A stretch of 64,000 nucleotides of DNA from an uncultured Methanosarcinales archaeon (GTDB lineage: Archaea > Nanobdellota > Nanobdellia > Woesearchaeales > GW2011-AR9), in contig CAYFMJ010000003.1 of NCBI GenBank assembly GCA_964344235.1, positions 1 to 64,000 of the forward strand. The letters run 5' to 3'. The notes beneath the pieces are model-generated. The model was given only the letters and a program-made list of their open reading frames with translations, had not been told where the DNA came from and ran no database searches. Shown here in pieces: positions 9,008 through 18,888 of this stretch (position 1 is the stretch's first letter; each line of letters opens with the position of its first letter). The position numbers were made by a program, and so were the translations under genes.

Positions 9008-10165
9008 ATGGATTCCATTGAGAGAGAAGTTGTTGTACTAGGAGATATTGAATTAGGGGGGGGAACTCTCACGGACGATTTTATTGCAGACAAGTCAATT
9101 GCAAAATTATTTCGAACATTAGCAAGACGGAAGAAACCAGTTGATTTGATTCTCAATGGAGATACGATTGATTTTCTGAAATGCCCTTACATAAAAGATG
9201 GAAAACGAAGTTATCCACGGCATATTACTTCGGAGGTTTCATTAAGTAAATTGGAGCTGGTGTATAATGCTCACAAACCGTTCTTTGATGGGTTGCAAAC
9301 ATTTGTCAAACATAAAAAGAATAGAGTCTATTTTATTATTGGCAACCACGATCATGATTTATTTTTCAGATCTGTGCAGCGGCAGATTAAGAAATATTTG
9401 AAAGCGAGAAGGAACGTTTTCTTTAGAATGTTTTACAGGCTAGATGGCATTTATGTTGAGCATGGACAACAGTATGATTTTATTAATAAAATCAATAAGC
9501 GACGGCCGTTTATTATCTACAAAGGAAGAAAAATTCTTAACATTCCCTGGGTTTCGTTTGGGATTATTAGTAAAGCTTTGTATATCAAAGAGAAACATCC
9601 TTTTTTGGAACGGATCTTACCACGACCAGATTTGTTAAAACACCATAAGTCGTTGATTAAGTTAATTAGTAGGAAAGGGTTGATTTATGCATTCCTGAGT
9701 TTTTTATATTATCCCATTCGATATTTTTACGATCCAACATACGTATTGCCGCGAGAACTGTTTCGAGAGATGTACCGACGTTATAAAGACGTTCATTGGG
9801 ATGTTGATAACATTATGGGAACGTTCAAACGAAAGAGAAAGAGAACTATACAAAAAAATAGAATTCACATTCTTGGCCATGTGCATGAGCGATATGTTGA
9901 AGAGGGAGCTGGTTGGACGTTAATTCATCCCGATACGTGGCGGGACGAGTATGATTTTGATGCAAAAACAAGATTATTGCATCCAAAAGTGAAACGCTAT
10001 GTGCACATTTTCGTGAAAGAATCCGGAGAGTTAGATTGGAAAATGGTGAACTGGCCGCATAAGCGTAAAGTAATCAAATTTGATGATGCTGTGAAGGACG
10101 AAATGAAATATATCAAAATGGCAGCGAGAGCTGAGGGTTATGGGTTACGGTTGCTTAAGAAATAA
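9008..10165 (+). CDS. calcineurin-like metallophosphoesterase
   Basis: GDIE, LNGDTIDF, GNHDHD, EHG and GHVH motifs. Confidence 0.8.
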   Translation: MDSIEREVVVLGDIELGGGTLTDDFIADKSIAKLFRTLARRKKPVDLILNGDTIDFLKCPYIKDGKRSYPRHITSEVSLSKLELVYNAHKPFFDGLQTFVKHKKNRVYFIIGNHDHDLFFRSVQRQIKKYLKARRNVFFRMFYRLDGIYVEHGQQYDFINKINKRRPFIIYKGRKILNIPWVSFGIISKALYIKEKHPFLERILPRPDLLKHHKSLIKLISRKGLIYAFLSFLYYPIRYFYDPTYVLPRELFREMYRRYKDVHWDVDNIMGTFKRKRKRTIQKNRIHILGHVHERYVEEGAGWTLIHPDTWRDEYDFDAKTRLLHPKVKRYVHIFVKESGELDWKMVNWPHKRKVIKFDDAVKDEMKYIKMAARAEGYGLRLLKK

Positions 10166-10230
10166 TTTTTTATCACTAATACACAATAAGGAAGCTTTAT
10201 ATAGAAAGTTAGTTCTGAGGGAGTAGTGGG

Positions 10231-10881
10231 GTGTTACATATTTTAGAAAACGCAGTTGTGGAAATTGGGAAAAAGTATCCATCATTTGTAGAGTCTGTTG
10301 TGCGTTCTTTACAGGAGAGTTTTTTGAGGAATCTATTAATGCGTGAGTTTTCTGTTGTAACGGTTGAGAAACAGGAGGGGTTAGATACGCATGCAGAGAT
10401 TAAAGCGGCTGTTGGAGATGTCGTTACGAAAGAAAAAGATGAGGAAACGGTTGAAGTATTAGAAGAGATTGAAGATGAGTTTGTTAATGTGGATGAAGAT
10501 ACAATTGGGGGGAGTGTGAAGTATGGCTTCGATGAAGAAGCGTTTTTGAGGGAACAATTTTATGGAAGTGCAGTAGTTAGTTATGATGTTGAGAAAATGT
10601 GGTATAGTGGTGATGGAAAGAGAGGAGCAGAATTTAAGAGTGAGGAATTTTATCAGAGTTCTGGAATGGAAAAGAAAATTTCCTCCGGAATTCTCTCAAC
10701 TGTTGAGGCAGAAAAAGTGTTTAAAGATATTCAATATTCTTCTGTTTTCGGCAGACCAGGAGAAGTGAGTACGGAAGATCGGGAGAAATTTAACATGTGG
10801 ATTCAATTCAATAAAGTAATGTTTTATTTCTTTGAGAGTACTGCTATTAGTCGAGAAGTGAATTATGCTCCACAATTTTAA
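10231..10881 (+). CDS. acidic hypothetical protein
   Basis: 216-aa ORF, GTG start. Confidence 0.65.
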   Translation: MLHILENAVVEIGKKYPSFVESVVRSLQESFLRNLLMREFSVVTVEKQEGLDTHAEIKAAVGDVVTKEKDEETVEVLEEIEDEFVNVDEDTIGGSVKYGFDEEAFLREQFYGSAVVSYDVEKMWYSGDGKRGAEFKSEEFYQSSGMEKKISSGILSTVEAEKVFKDIQYSSVFGRPGEVSTEDREKFNMWIQFNKVMFYFFESTAISREVNYAPQF

Positions 10882-11636
10882 TACCACAATTCGAGCATTT
10901 CTTCTTCAACAAAGTGAAGTTCTCCAGGAATAATTAAGCTGTGTGGCGGTTTGCCAAAATCGATGGTTGCTATGTTTTTTAATGGGCCCGCTTTAATTAA
11001 TGGATTGTCCGTTCCTAAACGTGCACAACCAACAACTATTGTGTTTTCTGTAATTATGTTTTCTTGTTTTCGTTGTTCGATATTTTCTAATGTTGTAATT
11101 GCTTGATTGACAGTCATGAATTTATCATGTGCTGGTTTTAAGTCTAATAAGCAGAGCGTATGTAATCCTGCTTTCTGATTTTCTTTGATGACATTATAAG
11201 GTGTTTCTAGATTAGGATGATCTTCCAGAAACGGAATCGATGTTGTTTTACCAAATTTGTATAATTCTAATCCCGTAATGCCAATGGCAGTGAGGATAGA
11301 AGCGTTGTGAATTACTCTAACTTCTACGCCATGTTCTTTTGCCAATTTGAATAATTGGATGTGGGTTGTCGCGGAAAGTGAGTCACCAACAACTAAGAAA
11401 GCGATGTTTTTTGTTTTCGCTTCTTCGATGATTTTTTGGTCTCCCTGTTCAGTTGTATTTCTATCTGCAACGATTAATTCTTTGTTGTAGAATTTTGCGA
11501 GATCATGAAGAGAGCATTGCAATAATGAAGTATAATTTTCAATGTAAACAATATCCGCGGCTTCAATCGCAGCTTTTCCTCGCAGTGTAATGTCTTGTTC
11601 ATTTCCTAATCCAAGGCCAATAAGTGTGAGTGTCAT
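10878..11636 (-). CDS. dph5: diphthine synthase
   Basis: LIGLGL, GDSLSATTH, YKFGKTTSIPF, HTLCLLD. Confidence 0.95.
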   Translation of the reverse strand: MTLTLIGLGLGNEQDITLRGKAAIEAADIVYIENYTSLLQCSLHDLAKFYNKELIVADRNTTEQGDQKIIEEAKTKNIAFLVVGDSLSATTHIQLFKLAKEHGVEVRVIHNASILTAIGITGLELYKFGKTTSIPFLEDHPNLETPYNVIKENQKAGLHTLCLLDLKPAHDKFMTVNQAITTLENIEQRKQENIITENTIVVGCARLGTDNPLIKAGPLKNIATIDFGKPPHSLIIPGELHFVEEEMLELWY

Positions 11637-12133
11637 AGTAATGCATATGCAAGAATTTTTCTTGTTCCCCCTCTGACTTTAGTTACCCCGTGTTCCACCT
11701 ATGCTCTCCAAACTAATAAATCTCCCTGTTTTGGTTTAATGCGTCTCTGGCAGTTATCGTCCCCAATAAAGAAAACTCCACCCTCTAAGGCTGGTTCTAA
11801 ATGAATTGCGGCGGTAAACTCTTGTGGACCTCTATCTGTGTGTCCATCCATATAAGCACCGACATCATATCGATTCATTTGTGCTCCTTCCACACGTGAT
11901 ACTGGAAGACCGAGAGATCGATAGAACGCCACCATATCTCTTCTTCGTAGGATCCCAAACGTATGAGCTTCGTAAAATTCCTCTTCAATGAATGAGCGAT
12001 GGAAATTTCTCCCTGGTTGTTCTTGATGGGTATACCGCGTCAATCTAGCTATCCGCATTAATGTCTCAAGATTGCCCTCAGTTAGAGGATGTTCGCCCCA
12101 TGGTACGTGGATTAGTTTTTGTCTTGTAATCAT
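11633..12133 (-). pseudogene. 2OG-Fe(II) oxygenase split by in-frame TAG at 11699-11701
   Basis: HTD (HxD) before the TAG; frame continues VEHGVTKVRGGTRKILAYALL to TGA 11633-11635, which overlaps the dph5 ATG. Confidence 0.82.
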
Positions 12134-13806
12134 AATGCTTTCACCACATATGGGCCTTCTTTTTTATAATTGAGTTTGTTTTTATAATATTCCCGTACTC
12201 CTACTCCAGAGATGACAACCATTTTTTTTTTGTTATGTTGTGTTGCAATCTCTTCTGCTTTCTGCATCAGTTTTCGACCCCAGCCTTTATGTTGGACTAC
12301 ACCATCACTACCAATAGCTGTTGCTGTACCGTAAACATGAAGTTCTCGGAGTAAGGCAGAAGTAGGTGTTATTTCTTCACGGAGACATTCTTTCGGAAAT
12401 CGTAATCGTGCAAAACCAATTAAAATGTCGTTCGTCGTATCTTCTGCCGCAATAAAGAATTCTGTACTGCCAGAAGCTTGGTATTTCATTACTTTTATCT
12501 CTACGCTGTTCCAATCTATTTCTTTCCCTTTTGGTTCTCGGGCACGGATGTCTCTGCTTTTGACGTCATGTTGTTGATGCATGTATTGACGTAAATTTGT
12601 TTTGTCAACGCCAGCTTCCCAGTACTTTGTTGGAACGTCTCTCTGTACACGTTGAATTCTACAATATTCTGGAACATCGGGAATAATTTCTGCAATCCGC
12701 TTTGCAGCTTCCTCAGTTGTGATTGGGTTGAATTCTCCCTTTTTCCATTGATAGTATAATGCTGTTCCTGGTCCAACCATGCAGGGATAGAACTTAATCA
12801 TATCAGGTTTGTATGCCTCATCGGCAAAGAGTTGTTTCATGCCTGCCATGTCTCGCTCATAGTTTGTTAATGGAAGTCCCGGCATGTAATGGAAATTGAT
12901 TTTGAACCCTAAGTCTCTGAGAATTTGAATGGATCTGATTGAATCTTTGGAGTCGTGGCCTCTGTGAACATGTTTGAGAACATCATCATAGACGGATTGG
13001 ATTCCTAGTTCAATTCGTGTGCAGCCTTGTTCTAGCATGACATTACCGTGTTCAAGAAAACCCCAATCAGGTTTTGTCTCAATGCATAGTGCCACGCAAC
13101 GAACATTTGATGTTTCGTTACGAAGTTGTTCTTCCTGAATTGTTGTTTTCGTTTTGTCTTTTAATGCATATAATTTTTTTTTAATTGAAGATTCTCTTTC
13201 TTTATCATGCATATCTCCCGGTAATTCAAAAAATTCTTTGAATGTAGTATAATCAAATTCGTTATCTTTGAAGAAAAGATCAGAGAAGTCATTTAACCCT
13301 TTGTAGATGCCGTAGATGAATTCGTCTTGGTATTCTTTAGGAGTAGCGGTAAAGGTTCCACCCATGATGATTATTTCGATTTTGTCAATTGTTTGACCTA
13401 GTAAAATATATTGTTGTAATCGGTTGAAGACTTGTAAATAAGCATCGTAATCATTTCGAATACCACGCATAGTTGCAGGTTCGTGTCCCGTGTAACTCTG
13501 AGGAACATCTCCCCAGGGGCTGTTTAAACCGCCAGGGCAGAACGTACACTTACCGTGAGGACATTTGTCGGGTTTGGTCATTAACGCTACGGGAGAGACG
13601 CCGGAAATCGTTCTGGTAGGTTTCGTAAGAAGTTTTGTGGTAAGTTGTGGGATGTCTTCATCAGGTGTGTGCATTAATACTTGAATGTTAGAAGGGATTT
13701 TGTCTAGTTTATGTTTGATAGCAAGATCTCTTTTTACTTTCGTCCACCCTTTCTCAGGTGTTGGTTGCGTTTTGATGAGTTCTATTAATTCTGTGTAAAA
13801 TCTCAT
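12130..13806 (-). CDS. elp3: tRNA uridine(34) acetyltransferase Elp3
   Basis: CPHGKCTFCPGG radical SAM motif, QSYTG, RELHVYG GNAT domain. Confidence 0.95.
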   Translation of the reverse strand: MRFYTELIELIKTQPTPEKGWTKVKRDLAIKHKLDKIPSNIQVLMHTPDEDIPQLTTKLLTKPTRTISGVSPVALMTKPDKCPHGKCTFCPGGLNSPWGDVPQSYTGHEPATMRGIRNDYDAYLQVFNRLQQYILLGQTIDKIEIIIMGGTFTATPKEYQDEFIYGIYKGLNDFSDLFFKDNEFDYTTFKEFFELPGDMHDKERESSIKKKLYALKDKTKTTIQEEQLRNETSNVRCVALCIETKPDWGFLEHGNVMLEQGCTRIELGIQSVYDDVLKHVHRGHDSKDSIRSIQILRDLGFKINFHYMPGLPLTNYERDMAGMKQLFADEAYKPDMIKFYPCMVGPGTALYYQWKKGEFNPITTEEAAKRIAEIIPDVPEYCRIQRVQRDVPTKYWEAGVDKTNLRQYMHQQHDVKSRDIRAREPKGKEIDWNSVEIKVMKYQASGSTEFFIAAEDTTNDILIGFARLRFPKECLREEITPTSALLRELHVYGTATAIGSDGVVQHKGWGRKLMQKAEEIATQHNKKKMVVISGVGVREYYKNKLNYKKEGPYVVKAL

Positions 13807-13892
13807 TTAAATAGAATATCTGGCTATATTTTAAAAAGCTTCACTTCAAAACCACTAATTAGGGGTGAATCATTCTAGAACTAAGAATGAAT

Positions 13893-14570
13893 TTATACAG
13901 GTTTTCTCCCGAATATTAACTCATTATCTCTTTTAAATGCAAATGATCCATGAAGCATCATGCCAAACATTGAACTTCCGATTATTAGTGGATGTAAAGT
14001 TGGAGAACAACGTTGAAGATCTAGATCAAGACCAAGGGACATTGGCCGTCGGTACCAATCGGGCCTCATTTCTCTTACTTTATCCAACATTCTCCGAACC
14101 TCAACTCCTCCCCGAGTTATAAAATCCATAAACTCTTCGGCAGTAGCATTTTTAGGGACATATTTACCGGATGGGTCACAGCTATAGCAACCACCACGCA
14201 AACTCAGAGCATCTTTATTTGATAAGTAAAGAACGTCATCGCCGTGTATATCTTCAAACTCTTCATCTGAGAGGGTTCTCGCCCCCCATAGTCCATATAA
14301 CTCTGTTTCTGGAGTAACTGTTCTTACAAAAGGTGAGTCCCGTTGAACTTTAATATCTCCATTAGCATTTATAGCAACAGCATCTATTGTATTATATGAC
14401 TTTTGCCAAATACCACTAATGATAACCTTCGCGCTATCTGCAGAAGCTAATTCTAAGCCATCTTCCAGTAGGCGGGGGATAGTATGCCTGAGCTGACCTT
14501 CATATCTAGTTCCTACACCCCTTACAGTTTTCGTTTTTATCCTACTTCTCCCACCAGACATATCTCTCAC
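13893..14570 (-). CDS. hypothetical protein
   Basis: 225-aa ORF. Confidence 0.65.
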   Translation of the reverse strand: MRDMSGGRSRIKTKTVRGVGTRYEGQLRHTIPRLLEDGLELASADSAKVIISGIWQKSYNTIDAVAINANGDIKVQRDSPFVRTVTPETELYGLWGARTLSDEEFEDIHGDDVLYLSNKDALSLRGGCYSCDPSGKYVPKNATAEEFMDFITRGGVEVRRMLDKVREMRPDWYRRPMSLGLDLDLQRCSPTLHPLIIGSSMFGMMLHGSFAFKRDNELIFGRKPV

Positions 14571-14659
14571 TATTGCCAGACTAGTTATAAAAATGTCGTT
14601 GATTAATTATATATAAAATTGATTGTTTAAAGGAAATGTCTATTTATAGTATAATGGGA

Positions 14660-14673
14660 GAAAATTTTATAAA
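14660..14673 (+). promoter_or_regulatory. BRE/TATA box of rpl21e operon
   Basis: GAAAATTTTATAAA upstream of rpl21e. Confidence 0.5.
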
Positions 14674-14746
14674 CGAATCACGAAACTAGTCTTAAAATGG
14701 TAACAATAATCAAAGATTATTGGAACCATCTTGATAGGAGATTCAA

Positions 14747-15040
14747 ATGGTAACACGAATAGGAACAAAGCAGCGGAAAACACGGCATAAATATTCTGGC
14801 ACAATTAGAACACGAGGAAAAGTGCCTTTATCAAAATATTTTCAAGAATTTGCTGCTGGGGATAAAGTAAATTTAAAGATTCATCACGCTGTACAACAAG
14901 GACGATTCTTTCCACGGTTTCACGGTTTAACTGGAACGGTAACAGGAAATAAGAGAGGTTCATGTTACGAAGTACAGATTAAAGATGGAAAGAAATTAAA
15001 GACGTTATACGTTCACGCAATTCATTTAGGTAAAGCGTAA
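14747..15040 (+). CDS. rpl21e: 50S ribosomal protein L21e
   Basis: RKTRHK and PRFHGLTGTV; conserved rpl21e-rpo4-DUF655 order. Confidence 0.95.
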   Translation: MVTRIGTKQRKTRHKYSGTIRTRGKVPLSKYFQEFAAGDKVNLKIHHAVQQGRFFPRFHGLTGTVTGNKRGSCYEVQIKDGKKLKTLYVHAIHLGKA

Positions 15041-15056
15041 AATTTAGAGGCACAAA

Positions 15057-15404
15057 ATGGCTAACCCACAATTTGTTGAAGAAAGACCAGTAACACTTGC
15101 TGAGGCGAAAGCAGCTATTGCAGTGATCGAAAAGCGGGATACTGAGCTAAACTATCGATCAACGAAGAGTAAAGAATACTTAGAGCATTTCGGTGGGGCG
15201 TTGAGTGTTGCAAAGAAAGATGAGTTGCAGCAAAAATTAGTTGATCTTAATTTGACTCGATTAAAAGAAGAGCATATCGTCAAAATTATCGATTTTTTAC
15301 CAAAAACGGTTGATGATCTTAAGACGGTCTTACAAGCATATCCGTTAAGTATGCCGAAAAAAGACCAAGAAGCGATTATCGGCGTGGTGAAAGAATTCGC
15401 TTAA
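15057..15404 (+). CDS. rpo4: RNA polymerase subunit Rpo4/F
   Basis: VTLAEAK, IVKIIDFLPKTVDDL; gene order. Confidence 0.9.
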   Translation: MANPQFVEERPVTLAEAKAAIAVIEKRDTELNYRSTKSKEYLEHFGGALSVAKKDELQQKLVDLNLTRLKEEHIVKIIDFLPKTVDDLKTVLQAYPLSMPKKDQEAIIGVVKEFA

Positions 15405-15473
15405 TTTTGCTTCTTTTCTGATATTTTAGCGCAATTTTTATTAATTCAGAGAGAATTCATACTATTATAGAAA

Positions 15474-16037
15474 ATGGAAGAACAACAACAACGAACACAA
15501 CGGGAAGAACATGCAGTTGTCCTAGATTTCCTACCGCATGGGTATGCCTATGATCAGGGAGGAATGAAGACACCAATAGCGCAAGCCCTTGGTATTGAAC
15601 ATTTAAGTTTATTAGAGCTTATTCCAAAGAAAGAAGTTCATCTCCAGCCACAGCAAGAAGTGTATATTGGTGAAGGGAAAAGGGAAGAAATCCATCATAT
15701 TAAAGGCAGAATTGATTCTGACAGATTAACAAGTACAGCAAAGAGTGAGTTACAACATGCTGTACAGAAAGCTGTGGAACAGGATGAAGCACGATTCGTC
15801 GCATTTTTCAATAAAGCTCAGCCGCTTAGTATGAGAATGCATCAGTTAGAACTATTACCGGGTTTAGGAAAGAAACATATGTGGGAAGTTCTCCAGGAGA
15901 GAAAGGGTAAGCCGTTTGAGAGTTTTGATGACTTAAAAGAACGAGTGAAGTTATTGCCAGATCCGAAACAGATTGTGATTAAGCGGATTTTATCTGAGAT
16001 TGCAGGTAAAGAGAAATATAAAGTGTTTGTTGGATAG
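15474..16037 (+). CDS. DUF655 predicted nucleic-acid binding protein
   Basis: VVLDFLPHG, LELLPGLGKK, PFESFDDL; gene order. Confidence 0.9.
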   Translation: MEEQQQRTQREEHAVVLDFLPHGYAYDQGGMKTPIAQALGIEHLSLLELIPKKEVHLQPQQEVYIGEGKREEIHHIKGRIDSDRLTSTAKSELQHAVQKAVEQDEARFVAFFNKAQPLSMRMHQLELLPGLGKKHMWEVLQERKGKPFESFDDLKERVKLLPDPKQIVIKRILSEIAGKEKYKVFVG

Positions 16038-16415
16038 TCACCACTGCATTTTCCAAGTCATGTCTTTCTTCTTTTGTTTAACGAAGTCTTTCAACCCAGC
16101 TTTCTCTGCACGTCTCAAAAATTCCGTAGCGATTTTCTTTAAGCGTAAACCGTTAATGTCAACATCGGTCTGAAAGAATTCATAGCGGTCAAGTAATGTT
16201 TCAATGGCTTTTGCTTGTGTTTTGAGGTTTGTTTCTATTAATTTAGGAGAGGCAACGTGAAATTCTTTCTCTAGCTCCTCTAATTTCTTTGCTTCTGTTC
16301 GAATAACTTCTTCATCAGTATGGATATCTTCCATGAATTCTTGGATTGCTTGGATGTCATCCAGGACTTTTTCATTTTTCTCGGGATGATGTTGGGCTTT
16401 CTTACGTTTAAACAT
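16038..16415 (-). CDS. coiled-coil hypothetical protein
   Basis: ORF 16038..16439, first ATG 16415. Confidence 0.65.
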   Translation of the reverse strand: MFKRKKAQHHPEKNEKVLDDIQAIQEFMEDIHTDEEVIRTEAKKLEELEKEFHVASPKLIETNLKTQAKAIETLLDRYEFFQTDVDINGLRLKKIATEFLRRAEKAGLKDFVKQKKKDMTWKMQW

Positions 16416-16511
16416 GAACAGAAGAGATATTTTACGCAATATAAACCTTTTGGCAGAACATAGATAATAGAGAACAATAATGTATAAATTACAGAAAAAT
16501 AGTTCGTAGTA

Positions 16512-17126
16512 ATGGTTTCATCACCGATTGATTTGCGTGAACGACCGTTGATTCCAGTTGACCAAGTGGCGATAAGGCCGAAACACAGGGGGGATCTAGC
16601 AGGAATTCTCGTTACTGATTTGGAAATTCGTAATCGCATTTCAGAATTAGCAAGGGATATTTATGCACAACATGGTGATAAGGAAGTCCTAGGAGTATGT
16701 ATTCTCAATGGTGCAGTCTGTTTCTATTCTGATATGATACGGGCAATGCAAACACCAGTTGAGGCAGCATTTTTTCCAGCAAGTAGTTATGGTAAAGGAA
16801 CCGTTTCTAGTGGTGAAGTTGGAGTTGGAGAGTTTGATTATGGTTTAGTGCCAGGAAGAAGAGTCCTTTTGTTTGAAGATATAGTTGAAACTGGGAGAAC
16901 TATGCAAGCCCTTAAGAGACGACTTGAAGATCATGATCCAGTTAGTGTTGAGGTTGTTGCATTATTTGATAAACCCACTAAAAGAGCGCCAGGCATTGAG
17001 CTTAGGCCGGATTATAATGGCTTTGTCATTGGGGATCCTTTTATTGTTGGGTTTGGGTTAGATTGTGCTAACCGGTATAGGGAACTACCACACGTTGGAG
17101 TTCTTAAACCAGGGGTGTATGAATAA
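16512..17126 (+). CDS. hpt: hypoxanthine phosphoribosyltransferase
   Basis: ILNGAVCF, SSYG, VLLFEDIVETGRT, FIVGFGLD. Confidence 0.92.
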   Translation: MVSSPIDLRERPLIPVDQVAIRPKHRGDLAGILVTDLEIRNRISELARDIYAQHGDKEVLGVCILNGAVCFYSDMIRAMQTPVEAAFFPASSYGKGTVSSGEVGVGEFDYGLVPGRRVLLFEDIVETGRTMQALKRRLEDHDPVSVEVVALFDKPTKRAPGIELRPDYNGFVIGDPFIVGFGLDCANRYRELPHVGVLKPGVYE

Positions 17127-17180
17127 ACTATATACTCATAACAAGAAATTCTTAAAAATAGTCTCTTGGAATTGGAAAGT

Positions 17181-17456
17181 ATGAACAAAAAAGCAGCTAT
17201 TCCTTTCGTTCCCATTATCTTAGGACTTATTATCTTGGCGATTGTGTTAATCAATTTTGCAGGAAGGGAGTGTAACAAGAATGCTGAATGTGGAGCAGAC
17301 TCTTACTGTGGCAGTGATTACAAGTGCCATGCGTATCCAGATGAAGTAATTGTAGAGAAGTATAATTTCGTCTGGCCAGCGATTATTGTAGGGATTGCAG
17401 TTATTATAGCGGCATTGATTCAAAAGGGGAAGAAAATCCCGTTTGTTAAATGGTAA
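17181..17456 (+). CDS. small Cys-rich membrane protein
   Basis: TM - ECNKNAECGADSYCGSDYKCH - TM. Confidence 0.7.
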   Translation: MNKKAAIPFVPIILGLIILAIVLINFAGRECNKNAECGADSYCGSDYKCHAYPDEVIVEKYNFVWPAIIVGIAVIIAALIQKGKKIPFVKW

Positions 17457-17460
17457 GAAG

Positions 17461-17574
17461 TTAGTTGGGAAGTGTGATCCCCAGGCGTTTACAGATTTGT
17501 TTTTGATTCTCAGTTAAGCGGTGAGCGTTTTTACTCACAAATTCTTCAAATTCTCTGTCAATATCTTTTGTCAA
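17461..17574 (-). CDS. 37-aa small protein (not in ORF track)
   Basis: TTG start after GAGGTGG SD; MTKDIDREFEEFVSKNAHRLTENQKQICKRLGITLPN. Confidence 0.5.
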   Translation of the reverse strand: MTKDIDREFEEFVSKNAHRLTENQKQICKRLGITLPN

Positions 17575-17694
17575 ATATACCACCTCGGTTATTGTGTTTT
17601 TCTGATTCCATTGGGATATATAAATGTTGTTTACCACTGCGAGAAGTAAAGGAACGTTATTATCAAACAGGTAAAACTACTGTTGAGAATATTG

Positions 17695-18888
17695 CTAAAA
17701 AGCTGTGAGTTTTGTTTGATGTTTTCTTTCTTTCATTAATTTACTCTGTTGTAGGAAGACGGAGATGTCAACGCCGAATTTTCGTTTGGCGAATTGTTTT
17801 GCGTAATGTAGCATTAGTTCTTCAGAAGCAAAGTTGATGGGGTGGGATTGCACACTTTTTCTGGCTGATTCTCGACAAACCCATACTCCTAACGGGAGAT
17901 TATACTGAGAGGTGATAAAGCGGAGGGCTAAACAGCTATGCTGCCGTTTGAGTTTCTTCATTTGTTCGAGGATTGGGAGACGTGCAGCGTAATAACCACC
18001 TGCAGTCTCGTCAGCGTATTTTTTTCTTCCTTTATAGTTCTCATAATCGGTTGAGTAGGAGAAGCCCTGTTTGCTCCAGGGATTACTTTTGAGGTAGAGG
18101 TATGTTTCAAATAATTCATAACTCCAGACTTCTGGGAAGAAGAGGAATAAGTAGTAATTCCCCCAACCACCACCAAAATACGCTTGATACTCTCCCGTAG
18201 GGAAGTCTTTAATTTCTTTGATTAGTTGTTTACCAATCGTATCATCAGTAGCGGTAATAGACCATCTGGTGGGAACGAGTTTTCTATTGTTTTTTAATCC
18301 TAAATTGCCAACCGAGAGTAGTTTGTGGAGAGTGTTTTCTTCAAAGCCCTTTTTGTAAAGGTTGAGGATTCCTAGGTTTGCTTTCAAATCTGTATCGTAG
18401 ACGACTTTCTCTACTCTTGTATCTGTTTTGATGTTTTCTGTTACTCTAGCTTTCTGCACTTCACTCGCAGGACCGTACGGAATGATTTCTTTTTCTTGCT
18501 TTGTGGAAAGTTTCGGTGCTTTTTTTAGGGAGACTTCCAAGTCAGCAGCTTTCTTAGCCATGCCAACTTCCTGGACGATATCTAAGAATTTTCCACCCTT
18601 TTGTAATTGTTTGACAGACCATTTAGTTCTACTGTTCACTAAGCTGTATCTCTTACTAGCGATAGAACCAATAGAGGCGTTATTTTGACTCCATAATCGG
18701 GGAGAATCATATTCTTGCATTTCTCCGATAAATTGTGGGGAAAGAACACCAATGTTTACGTGAGGGTAGCCATATCTACCAATGAATGGGGCAGGGGCTG
18801 AGCCTTGGAATTGTTGTTTGAAATGTGTGTTAACTTTTAATTGAGGAATTTGTTCAATATCTTTGAATTTGACACGGTGAATGTTCAT
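17695..18888 (-). CDS. nreA: Nre-family DNA repair protein
   Basis: FIGRYGYPHVNIG, LVPTRWSITATD, AGGYYAAR, C-terminal PIP-like QTKLTAF; no N-terminal Cys cluster. Confidence 0.88.
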   Translation of the reverse strand: MNIHRVKFKDIEQIPQLKVNTHFKQQFQGSAPAPFIGRYGYPHVNIGVLSPQFIGEMQEYDSPRLWSQNNASIGSIASKRYSLVNSRTKWSVKQLQKGGKFLDIVQEVGMAKKAADLEVSLKKAPKLSTKQEKEIIPYGPASEVQKARVTENIKTDTRVEKVVYDTDLKANLGILNLYKKGFEENTLHKLLSVGNLGLKNNRKLVPTRWSITATDDTIGKQLIKEIKDFPTGEYQAYFGGGWGNYYLFLFFPEVWSYELFETYLYLKSNPWSKQGFSYSTDYENYKGRKKYADETAGGYYAARLPILEQMKKLKRQHSCLALRFITSQYNLPLGVWVCRESARKSVQSHPINFASEELMLHYAKQFAKRKFGVDISVFLQQSKLMKERKHQTKLTAF

